DNA of 64,000 nucleotides, from positions 97,154,001-97,218,000 of the forward strand of contig OZ024746.1 of the NCBI GenBank assembly GCA_964016885.1, written 5' to 3'. Positions 13,401-23,919 of this stretch are shown piece by piece (the first letter of the stretch is position 1; each line of letters starts with the position of its first letter). A program made the translations under genes and the position numbers. The notes under the pieces were generated by a model that was not told the DNA's origin, searched no databases, and saw nothing but the letters and a program-made list of their open reading frames with translations. This DNA is from Eledone cirrhosa. Taxonomy: Eukaryota.

Positions 13401-14673
13401 AGGTATATTTAACCTGGGAAGATACTGTACTGGAGAAGGTATATTTAACCTGGGAAGATACTGTACTGGAGAAGGTATATTTAACCTGGGAAGATGTTGT
13501 ATTGGAGAAGGTATATTTAACCTGGGAAGATACTGTATTGGAGAAGGTATATTTAACCTGGGAAGAGACTGTACTGGAGAAGGTATATTTAACCTGGGAA
13601 GATACTGTACTGGAGAAGGTATATTTAACCTGGGAAGATGTTGTATTGGAGAAGGTATATTTAACCTGGGAAGATACTGTATTGGAGAAGGTATATTTAA
13701 CCTGGGAAGAGACTGTACTGGAGAAGGTATATTTAACCTGGGAAGATACTGTACTGGAGAAGGTATATTTAACCTGGGAAGATGTACTGGAGAAGGTATA
13801 TTTAACCTGGGAAGATACTGTACTGGAGAAGGTATATTTAACCTGGGAAGATACTGTACTGGAGAAGGTATATTTAACCTGGGAAGATACTGTACTGGAG
13901 AAGGTATATTTAACCTGGGAAGATACTGTACTGGAGAAGGTATATTTAACCTGGGAAGATACTGTACTGGAGAAGGTATATTTAACCTGGGAAGATACTG
14001 TACTGGAGAAGGTATATTTAACCTGGGAAGATACTGTACTGGAGAAGGTATATTTAACCTGGGAAGTTACTGTACTGGAGAAGGTATATTTAACCTGGGA
14101 AGATACTGTACTGGAGAAGGTATATTTAACCTGGGAAGATGATGTACTCGAGAAGGTATATTTAACCTGGGAAGATACTGTACTGGAGAAGGTATATTTA
14201 ACCTGGGAAGATGTACTGTACTGGAGAAGGTATATTTAACCTGGGAAGATACTGTACTGGAGAAGGTATATTTAACCTGGGAAGATACTGTACTGGAGAA
14301 GGTATATTTAACCTGGGAAGATGTACTGGAGAAGGTATATTTAACCTGGGAAGATACTGTACTGGAGAAGGTATATTTAACCTGGGAAGATACTGTATTG
14401 GAGAAGGTATATTTAACCTGGGAAGATGTACTGGAGAAGGTATATTTAACCTGGGAAGATGTACTGGAGAAGGTATATTTAACCTGGGAAGATATACTGT
14501 ACTGGAGAAGGTATATTTAACCTGGGAAGATGTACTGGAGAAGGTATATTTAACCTGGGAAGATATACTGTACTGGAGAAGGTATAATTAACCTGGGAAG
14601 ATGTACTGGAGAAGATGCACTGCAGAAGATATACTTAACCTGGAAAGATATACTGGAGAAGACATATTTAACC
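10491..14673. repeat. 36-bp minisatellite (33- and 38-bp variants), ~4.2 kb, roughly 115 units
   Basis: Consensus CTGGAGAAGGTATATTTAACCTGGGAAGATACTGTA. Edge units are more diverged. Confidence 0.97.
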
Positions 14674-16799
14674 CATAAAAATGATGATGATGATAATCAT
14701 GATAGTTTGATTATTTGATCCATATGTATAAATATCTTGTAAACCTTTAAGAGCTTCCTTATACATGGAGATCTTTAGTAGAATTTATATGAATATCTTT
14801 TATATGAGAAAAAACAGGGTTACTATAATAATAATGGAAATTATTGTGTACAGTGCTCAAGTGCACTGCAACTCATCAAAGCTGCATTTAAAGTATATAG
14901 AATAATGTCCAAATCTCAGGGTTTTATTTTGTATTTGATTTTTAAGTATTTATTATTGCTTAATCTGTAAGAAGGACATTGTTTGCTGTTCTTTTTAGGA
15001 CCCTTCAAGACTGGTTTATATGCTTCAATAGAGTGGGCTCTTATAAAGGCCCATATGTTCAATGCAGGGTTATTAAACTTAGTCGCCTACTATTGAAATA
15101 AACCAAAGAACCGAAAAAAATTCTGCAAGATACCCGTCTGACATTAAGAATTCTGTCAGTCCAAACCCTTTAACTGGACACTTTATTTTATTGATCTCCG
15201 GAGAATGACAGTCAAAGTTATATTCAGTGGGATTCGAAGTTAGAATGACATGGAATTGGAATAAATACTGTAAGGTATATTTTGACAAATTTTATGGGCA
15301 AAACCAACTAACAGGAGACCCTGTGTTAGACCCATGAGCTTGGGGATCCAGCTGGATCAGATGGAGATGGTTTCTTGTGACAGGACCAGCTAGAAGTAAT
15401 GTTTGAGGACTCTGCCTTCATGACCCTCTCAGAAATAAGTTGGCAAAGAAGAAGAAAAAGACTGTAAGGTATTTCATCTAATACTCTAAAAAAACCTGCC
15501 TTTAGTTATCTCTGTACAACATATTTGCTTTACTATTAATAACTGAGAAAAAGTACACTACTGGATAACTTTGTGCTATAAAATATTTCAGTTTATCAGC
15601 TTCAGACATGGGTAGATTGTTTTATCTATAAACAGAGAAGTAACAGAGAAGTACCACTATCAACCCATATAAGATATAATGAAGACTAACTGAATTAATC
15701 TTAATAGTGGCTTTTATTTAAGCACAATGGTCTGTGATTTGGAGGGGAGCTTGATTAAATTAATCCCAGTTCTTGACAGTTCTTGATTAATTAATTCCAG
15801 GTACTATGTTTTTCAACTCTGGAAGGATGTAAGGCTAAGTTAAACTTAACAGGATTTGAATCTCAGAATTCAAAGAGCTGGAAGAAGTAATACTACCTAT
15901 TTTGTTTGATGTGCCAACCATTCTGCCAGAGTAACTTAATCTTTATAATAGTCTTAGATTAAAGTTCTTTCTTTTGAATTACCATTATACCAGCATTGAC
16001 ATTAAAGACTCTTATAACAAAATGAATTTCATATACTTTCTAAAAACCTAAACCATTGTTCTCTATCTTGTCATCAGCTTCTACTAATGTCAACTGATGT
16101 TATTTCAATGCTATATAAATATCTGTTAATATCAGCTGCTAGTATTTAAATGTTATATCAATTTCTAGGTTTTCCAGTGAAATGATGAAACTAATATTGT
16201 TTTAAATCTTTGTCTAAAATCCAAATATTTCAGTCTTTAAATCATAAGATTCATTAAGTCTTCTTATGGTTTTGCTTTGTGTATGGAACTTTTTGTGTAT
16301 ATTTTGTATGATAAGTATTGTGTAGAATGGATTGAGAGATAGAAAACATAACAGCTGCAGCTGATAACTCTGTTATTTAAAGACATAATCCAAAGAAAAT
16401 ACATTGATTCAGTATCTTCAATGGAGAGAAGTATAGAGGAGAATTCTATAAGAGTTATGAATAGTCAATGTATTTGTATTTTGTTAAACAGAAACAGATC
16501 AAGGAGCAGCTCTTATCAAAACAAGCATACAAAAGTATTGTATGTCAGACAAGCAGATTTAGTATTTTGTTACAGAAGAATACCATACGCCATTGAAAGT
16601 TTGCTGGTATGGTGGTAATATATGGGTAAAACCTGTTTTGCTCAAATAAAAAAGGACTGCATATTTAGCCCAAAGGGCTGGATAATGATCAGCAAAACTT
16701 ATGACTGAATGAAATGTTACTAAAATATCATTTAAGAGAAACTGAGTATGCAAAGATTAATCCAAGAGAGAAAATAATATATATATATATATACATATA

Positions 16800-17130
16800 T
16801 AGTAATAATAATAAATTTGAAGACTAAAATCCAAAGAGGGCTCGATAAGGATAAATATATATCAAATATATAAGAACTCTAGAGCAAATATTTATTAAAA
16901 TAACAGATTAAAGTTTAAGCAAAGAATCGCTGCTTTCACCCATAATAGGATCTTCTGAAACTAAAAAAAATCAATCTGTGAATGCAGAAGTAAATATTTC
17001 GAAAAACGTTGCTGTAGAAATATTCAGATGTTGTTTCTGCATGATGAATATAAGTCAATAGAATGCTCAACCGAGGGAACCAAATATATATATAACTAAC
17101 AACTAGTTGTCACTAGTATATATATATATT
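16800..17130. mobile_element. Unclassified (TA)n-flanked repeat, Penelope pLTR-like; related to 45206-45328
   Basis: Shares agtaataataataaatttgaagactaaaatccaaagagggctcgataaggataaat with 45206. The segment 16889-16941 appears inverted at 45278-45328. Confidence 0.55.
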
Positions 17131-17240
17131 AATTATGTATGTATGAAATAAATGTTAAGACAGAAGTTACATTATGTAACACTTACATATAGTCAACTAG
17201 CAACTATATATATAATTTAGATGTGGATCATATATGTAAA

Positions 17241-17334
17241 CTTATATATCTGAGGAGATGTCGAAGAACTGTCTGGTTTCAGTCACCTTCATTACACCCA
17301 GACTAATTGATATTGAAACAATTGTAATATGCAA
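17241..17334 (+). ncRNA. Type I hammerhead ribozyme motif with extended stem II
   Basis: ATAT-CTGAGGA-GATGTCGA..GTCTGG..CCAGAC..TTGATATT-GAAAC-AATT-GTA-ATAT. Palindromic stem III ACAATTGT, GUA triplet, AATAAA just downstream. Confidence 0.7.
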
Positions 17335-17393
17335 ATAAAGTTTTGACACAAGCTGCAAATCTGACTTCAATTATTTTCACTATATATATATAT

Positions 17394-17660
17394 CTAGGGC
17401 GGGTAAAATTCCCGAGATCCACGGACGAGTTCTCTCCAGCGGTCTCTGTCCCTCATTATCGCTGCCATGTCCTGCGTCTCCAACAAACCAGTGTCTGTCC
17501 TTAGGGCATCAACATAAGTTAACCTTGGTCTTCCTCTTCCAGTGTGTCCATGTAGGGGCTTCCACAGGAGCACTGAGTGCAATGTCAACTCTGGATGTCG
17601 GTGAGCATGTCCAGCTAACCTCAGTCTCCTTTGTGTCACTTTTGAGCTGACTTTTGAGCT
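17394..17660 (-). mobile_element. 3' fragment of a second RTE-like LINE family
   Basis: ORF QRRLRLAGHAHRHPE..LLWKPLHGHTGRGRPRLTYVDAL..MRDRDRWR, a typical RTE-type C-terminus. Confidence 0.8.
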
Positions 17661-17688
17661 GGCTTTACTGTAACACCGGCTCAGAGCA

Positions 17689-18403
17689 GTGTCATATTGT
17701 CGATAGATGATATATATGTGTAAAATACTGATCAGAGAACTTCCATTTTATTAAACAATACTGAAGTGTACCTGTGTCATATTGTCGATAGATGATATAT
17801 ATGTGTAAAATACTGATCAGAGAACTTCCATTTTATTAAACAATACTGAAGTGTACCTGTGTCATATTGTCGATAGATGATATATATGTGTAAAATACTG
17901 ATCAGAGAACTTCCATTTTATTAAACAATACTGAAGTGTACCTGTGTCATATTGTCGATAGATGATATATATGTGTAAAATACTGATCAGAGAACTTCCA
18001 TTTTATTAAACAATACTGAAGTGTACCTGTGTCATATTGTCGATAGATGATATATATGTGTAAAATACTGATCAGAGAACTTCCATTTTATTAAACAATA
18101 CTGAAGTGTACCTGTGTCATATTGTTGATAGATGATATATATGTGTAAAATACTGACCAGAGGACTTCCATTTTATTAAACAATACTGAAGTGTACCTGT
18201 GTCATATTGTCGATAGATGATATATATGTGTAAAATACTGATCAGAGAACTTCCATTTTATTAAACAATACTGAAGTGTACCTGTGTCATATTGTCGATA
18301 GATGATATATATGTGTAAAATACTGATCAGAGAACTTCCATTTTATTAAACAATACTGAAGTGTACCTGTGTCATATTGTCGATAGATGATATATAAGTG
18401 TAA
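17689..18403. repeat. 85-bp tandem repeat, ~8.4 nearly identical copies
   Basis: gtcatattgt recurs at 17691, 17776, 17861, 17946, 18031, 18116, 18201, 18286 and 18371. Confidence 0.97.
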
Positions 18404-18659
18404 CATTATTTCATGGATGTTAGTTCTTTACTGAGGAGAAATAATTTTTAGGGGTGTTATAAAATATGTTTTAACCAAATATTATTTTGTGCCATTACCC
18501 ATCAATCTGATCAAAACCCTAACATACATATATATACACACACACATACATACATACATACATACATACATACATACATACATACATACATACATACATA
18601 CATACATACATACATGCATACATACATACATACATACATACATACATACATGCATACAT

Positions 18660-19291
18660 GCGAGGATGTAAGCCACATTGTTGCCAGCTGCGAAAGAATG
18701 TCATCTCGCTACTACCTCCCCATGAGACACGATGGGATAGCTAGAACTATCTGGAACGCACTTCGGAAAACAAAATTAACAACAAACGAGGAAGAATATA
18801 TTGAGACAGATGGCACTAAGGAATACTGGTGGAACCTGAAAATAAAAACTGCCACCAAATTAAAGCACAACCGGCCTGATATTGTAGTTTGGGACCACAC
18901 ATTGAAAACATGTTCTGTTGTGGAGATCAGCTGCCCACTTGATGTAAACGTTGTCAGAAAAATACAGGAGAAGGAGGACATCTACGGACCATTGATGAGG
19001 AGCTTACAAATCCAGTATCCAAGATACACCTTTAGCTTCATACCCATCATTATTGGTGCTACGGGTTATATACCAACCCGCTTGGACCAAAGTATGACCG
19101 AACTTGGATTTGCGGACAAAAAGCGCAGCACCCTAATTCATAGTCTACAAATGGCTGCGATAGCTGGCACCTTCAAAATATGCAAAACATTCTTGCGATT
19201 CAAGGGATGACAATTTCTTTTCTTTTACAACCTTGCCACCAGGAAGGTGGCCGGTCAAAAAAATATACTCGAAATTAATAGAAAGAGAAAA
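18660..19291 (+). mobile_element. 5'-truncated R4/Dong-like LINE (partial CCHC knuckle plus REL endonuclease)
   Basis: EDVSHIVASC..YLPMRHD..NRPDIVVWD..VVEISCP..KEDIY..PIIIGATG. Embedded in (CATA)n on both sides. Confidence 0.9.
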
Positions 19292-19395
19292 CATACATAC
19301 ATACATACATACATACATACATACATACATACATACATGCATACATGCATACATACATACATACATACATACATATGTATGTATGTATACATATA

Positions 19396-19558
19396 TACAC
19401 TGTAAATGTGGTTGGCATTTGGGAAGGGCATCCAGCTGTAGAAACCAAGCCAAAAATCAGCCAAAAACTTGACCCTCTGATCTGATTCTCTCTCAAAGGA
19501 TCATCCCATTCTATCCATGCTAGCATGGAAAATGGATGTTAAATGATGATGATGATGA

Positions 19559-19562
<4 letters not shown>
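19396..19562 (+). mobile_element. RTE-type 3' tail fragment
   Basis: cactgtaaatgtggttggc..gaagggcatccagctgtag..ccatgctagcatggaaaatggatgttaaatgatgatg. Confidence 0.7.
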
Positions 19563-19598
<36 letters not shown>

Positions 19599-19602
<4 letters not shown>

Positions 19603-19790
19603 GTTTCTACTTTTGGCACAAGGCCAGCAATTATCTCAGTGCATTACTAGTACTTTATTTTATCGACCCCGTAAGGATGAAAGGCAAAGTTAATCTCGGC
19701 GGGATTTGAACTCAGACCATAAAGGCCCGTAACTCTATGCTGCAAAGCATGGCATCCGACCCTCTACCGATACTGCCAATCCACCGCCCT
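19599..19790 (-). mobile_element. Full-length Nin-type tRNA SINE
   Basis: Reverse complement starts gggcggtggattggcagtatcgg (A-box), has gagttcaaatcc (B-box) and a Nin-like core. Confidence 0.85.
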
Positions 19791-19797
19791 ATATATA

Positions 19798-19984
19798 TAA
19801 GGAGTTGACGGACCCAGCATATTTATCAATGCCAGGACCGGTTGTATCTCAGCGTACTCAATAGGCAATGTAAGATACATTACCAGAGTATACACATAGT
19901 TGTTTGCTTCAACACAACACACGTAAAACGGGTGCCTATAATAGTTCCCGGACTCGAGTTTCAGCCGGACTTTATGCAGCAGTA

Positions 19985-19985
<1 letters not shown>
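19798..19985 (-). mobile_element. (TA)n-flanked fragment with the 3' half of a hammerhead motif
   Basis: Minus strand 19944-19984 reads ..GTCCGGCT-GAAAC-TCGA-GTC-CGGGAA. The 5' half is cut off by a (TA)n run. Confidence 0.45.
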
Positions 19986-20058
<73 letters not shown>

Positions 20059-20499
20059 TGATGTTAACATAACTGGAAAGATTTATTACATGATGACAGT
20101 AGATATGAAAAGAGACTCCTCTTTTAAGTAGTAATATTAATTAATTAGTGTTTGTGATTTTTCAAGGGGGGGGGGGGGGGAATTATATCTGCAAAAGCAG
20201 ACAGACGAACCAAATAAATTCTTATTTAATTTTCTTGAAATATTGTTGACAATTTGAGAATATCTCTTGAGGGAAGTGTTTTCAATTAGAATTGTATCTT
20301 ATATGCTTAATATTTTATTATTTTTTTGCAATTTATAATGCTATAAAATTGAGTGATATGACAAAAAGTTATTGATAAAATATGTGTCAGGCTTGGTCTC
20401 AATATGATTGATTAAATCTCGTTAGAGTGGTGCCATAACATGACCACAGTCTCCTGACTGAAACCAGTAAAAGAACAAAACCACAAATACTAACACAGG

Positions 20500-20764
20500 T
20501 GTAGTGTGCGGGAAAGAAGACTGTGTTGGTATGGACATGTGATGCACATGGAGGATGACCACTGGGTAAAGAAGTGCCAAGACGTCCCAGTAGAAGGAAG
20601 ACACAATAGAGGAAAACCACGAAAAACATGGGCGGAGGTGGTGAGAGCTGATCTCAGATTGCTGAAGCTCACGGAGGAGATGACGAAGGACTGTGAGGAA
20701 TGGAGAAATGCTGCACTGAATAGGACCTGTCCCACCCTTTCAAGCAGGGAAAAGCAGATGTAAA

Positions 20765-20802
<38 letters not shown>
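20500..20802 (+). mobile_element. RTE LINE 3' end
   Basis: RERRLCWYGHVM..RGKPRKTWAEVVRADLR with an (ATG)n tail. Confidence 0.9.
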
Positions 20803-20803
<1 letters not shown>

Positions 20804-20821
20804 TATGCATTTACTAAATAA

Positions 20822-21110
20822 AGGCGACATATTGGCAGAGTCATTAGAATGTTGGGTAGAGTGTTTTGTGGTATTCAATCTGGCTCTCTGAGTTCAAATC
20901 TTGCCAAGGTCAACTTTACATTTCATCCTTTCAATAAAAAAAAAATGTATCAGTCTAGTACTGGGGTCAGTTCTTCCTCTCTCTGGAAGAAATCTCCTGT
21001 ACTGAGGCCTGGAGAAGGATGGGCCCTGCCAGGCTTAAAAGGCTCAAGAAACACTGTATGTCAATATGGCGCCCTACAACTCTATCAGGAGTTATGGGAC
21101 CATACATACT
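20822..21110 (+). mobile_element. Composite SINE: old Nin-type head plus distinct tail ending in CATA
   Basis: A/B boxes and Nin-like core, then ctctctggaagaaatct..ggcctggaga.ggatggg..tacaactctatcaggagtta.ggaccatacatac. Other copies at 22492-22828 and 34978-35250. Confidence 0.65.
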
Positions 21111-22491
21111 AAATCCATTAACAGGAATTGTAGATATAAATGTCTAAGATTTAACTACCTTTGGTAATTATAATATTTCATATGAAATTGTTAACAAATT
21201 CTCAATAAACTATAAACATTTCAGAAGACAACTTTTAATCTATTTGATAAAATGTTGACTATTTCATGTCATACTAACATCACACAAATAACTAACTTAG
21301 TTTTATTTCTATCTTTCTATTTCCCTGCTTTCCTCACATCAAAGCAAAGTAGCTTTCATTTCATCTTCGTCTGGTAGTTTTCTTTCTCTTCTATTTCATT
21401 ATCATGTTAACTATATTTTTCTGTATATAATTCACAAGTGGAATAGATTAGACTGTTGTGAAGATGGGGGAAATGATAACACTTTGAGCACAACCATTTG
21501 TTGAAGAGTGGTTTCTTCTGGTTTATTTCATCTTTTAACTATTTATACTCTCAAATCACCAACACAGATCTTCATACAATTCTCACTATTTACATTATAT
21601 TTTTATGTTTTCTTGCTATTTATTATTATAAGAATAAGACACATCAGTTTAAAATATTTAATGCATATTAGGAGAGAATACATATTTTATTATCGCTATT
21701 TAACCCTTACAAATAATTCTTTGTTGTTCTTCTGATTGAGATGGTCACCATCTCTAAGGGTTGTTGAATTTGGTTATATACTTCACTGATCTCATCTTTA
21801 ATTTCTCCACCTTTGACCTGAACTTTTTCAACAAAAAGAGCCAAATTATTTGCTCTGACACTGAAGCTCCCATACTGTGAGTAGCAGATCTATCAGCTGC
21901 AACATATCCTAGTTTAAAAACAAATCACCAAGCAACCTCCTAGCCAATCAAATGCCTAGTTTCATATCTATGGTTCATATGGTCGTGGAAAACATGTTTG
22001 TGTGTTTATATGGATTGCTTTTTGGTTTGTGGATACAAATCATCGAACATTTTTTTTTTTTTTAGAAAAAATATTTTTATTTGGACATTTTGTCCAACAA
22101 CCCAATGTTAAAGCTATGAAATGTCTAGGGGCTCAGTGGTCAAAACAGTTAAATATTTACACATCTGAGGAAAATAAGATATTGGGCATTGTTTTATTTA
22201 CCAATAAAATACAGGGAAAATTGTCTTACAGATAGCTAAGTTGGCTCCATCTTATCCGGGTGTGGAGAAACCAGAGGCGTCCCTAGCAACAAATATCTGT
22301 CATCCTGTCCTGGTAGCTTCGCATATTTCACTCTCTTTGAGTTGGACATCATGACTAAGGCAATTGGCAATATGCTTCATATAGCCTGGTTTCTATCAGC
22401 CTCCATCTCTTTTCCCTTGTTGTAGGACATACAGACATTATTGCTGAACCAAATCTTCCTTGCTTCTTCTAATAAACTGTCCAATGAACAA

Positions 22492-22828
22492 TGTATGTAT
22501 GTATGGTCCTGTAACTCCTGATAGAGTTGTAGGGGGCGTCGTATTGACATACAGCGTTTCTTGGGTATTTTAAGCTTGGTGGAGCCCATCCCTCTCCAGG
22601 CCTGAGTACAGCAGATTTCTTCCAGAGAAAGATTGAAAGTGAGAGAAAAGAAATGAGAAAGAGATATAGAGGAAGAATTGACCCCAGTACTAGACTGGTA
22701 CTTTTTTCATCGACCTCGAAAGGATGAAAGACAAAGGTGACCTCGGTGAGATTTGAATCCAGAGAGTAGAAAGCCAGAATGAATACCATAAAGCATTCTA
22801 TCCAACATTCTAATGACTCTGCCAATAA
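22492..22828 (-). mobile_element. Composite SINE (same family as 20822-21110), inverted
   Basis: Reverse-complement similarity over head and tail; ends in (TATG)n. Confidence 0.7.
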
Positions 22829-23209
22829 ATCACTGTGTTAGATAGCGATGAGATGTTTGTTTAGGTGTTTGTTTGTTCATATACATATTGACTGGTGACA
22901 TGGTCAGTTCTGTTGATGTTAAGTATGATCCTCAGAGACTGAGTTTGAAAGGGTTTAATTTTCCTCTTTATTATCCTTGTGATGGTGCATAACTCAGTTA
23001 TATAGAGGGGAATAATCATGACTAAAATTTTTAAAAGATTGATTTTTTAGTGGGATGCTGGCATTTAACTTCCAGAAATTTTTTTTAATATTCAAAAGGC
23101 TGTCCAATCTTTCAAAAGATTCAACTGAAAAATCATCAACTATCTTAAGTACTGTTCTCTGGGGGTATATTAGAATTATTGATATTTTATAGCTTAACAC
23201 TTTATTTTA

Positions 23210-23560
23210 TAGCAGAACCACATCATGAGACTTATGACTGGCAAGCAGCTCAGTGACTGTATCTGTATCAGTGAGCTGGTCAACATTACCAGACTTAGAC
23301 CAATTACATCAATTGTCAAGTCAAGAGTACTCAAAATATATGATCATATAAAAAGATCGACTCGTGGTGTGAGTGAGTTATACCTAGAAGGAAGGTAGGC
23401 TGGTAAGAGAAGCAGAGGCCAACAGCCAAAACGATGGCTTGACAATGTCAACTTATGGACTGGACTTGATCTTTGCTCTTTGCTCTTTGAGCTCACTTTG
23501 TGGAGAGATATATCACATGTTAATGCGCAGTCTCCAACAGCCTGCGTCACAGAGAGAGCT
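23210..23560 (+). mobile_element. Decayed RTE/BovB-like 3' fragment
   Basis: Translates to ..LKIYDHIKRS..YLEGR*AGKRSRGQQPKRWLDNV. Confidence 0.6.
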
Positions 23561-23744
23561 TAACACTTCTAATCTATGGCTACAGAGATAATAAATGTTA
23601 CCCCTGAGTGTACTCATACCCTTTCGCTTGCTCTGATATATTGACAAGATCCCAGACCTCATTCACTTGCCGAGTGGGGTGAACCTCATCAAAGGAAACA
23701 AAGTTTCTATTGGTCTGTCCATTGCTGATATTATCTACCGGTCA

Positions 23745-23878
23745 CAACTCCTAGCAGAAAGAGCAATGTAAAATAAAGTCTCTTGCTCAAGGACACAATG
23801 CATCACTCGGTCCGAGAATTGAACTCAAAATCTCACAATTAGGAATTCAATCCTCTAACCCCTCAGCCATGTTCCTCC
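23745..23878 (-). mobile_element. tRNA-derived SINE head
   Basis: aaataaagtctcttgctcaaggacacaatgc..gagaattgaactc..ctaacccctcagccatg, similar to 2985-3099. Confidence 0.7.
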
Positions 23879-23919
23879 TTCACCCTTTCAATTATTATTT
23901 ATGACATGGAAAACTATAA

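Noticed and set aside
10441-14591. Long ORFs of up to 570 aa (TWEDTVLEKVYL / FSSTVSSQVKYT repeats)
   Set aside because: By-product of a 36-bp stop-free unit. Frames shift at the 38-bp variants, both strands are open, and there is no unique domain.
17689-18403. CRISPR-like appearance of the 85-, 68- and 48-bp arrays
   Set aside because: No unique spacers, no cas genes, and eukaryotic context; these are plain tandem repeats. No hammerhead core was found in the units.
18430-18470. Isolated CTGAGGA/CTGAAGA heptamers (also near 22164, 39965, 52157, 52653)
   Set aside because: No stem II followed by GAAA and NUH, so not hammerheads.
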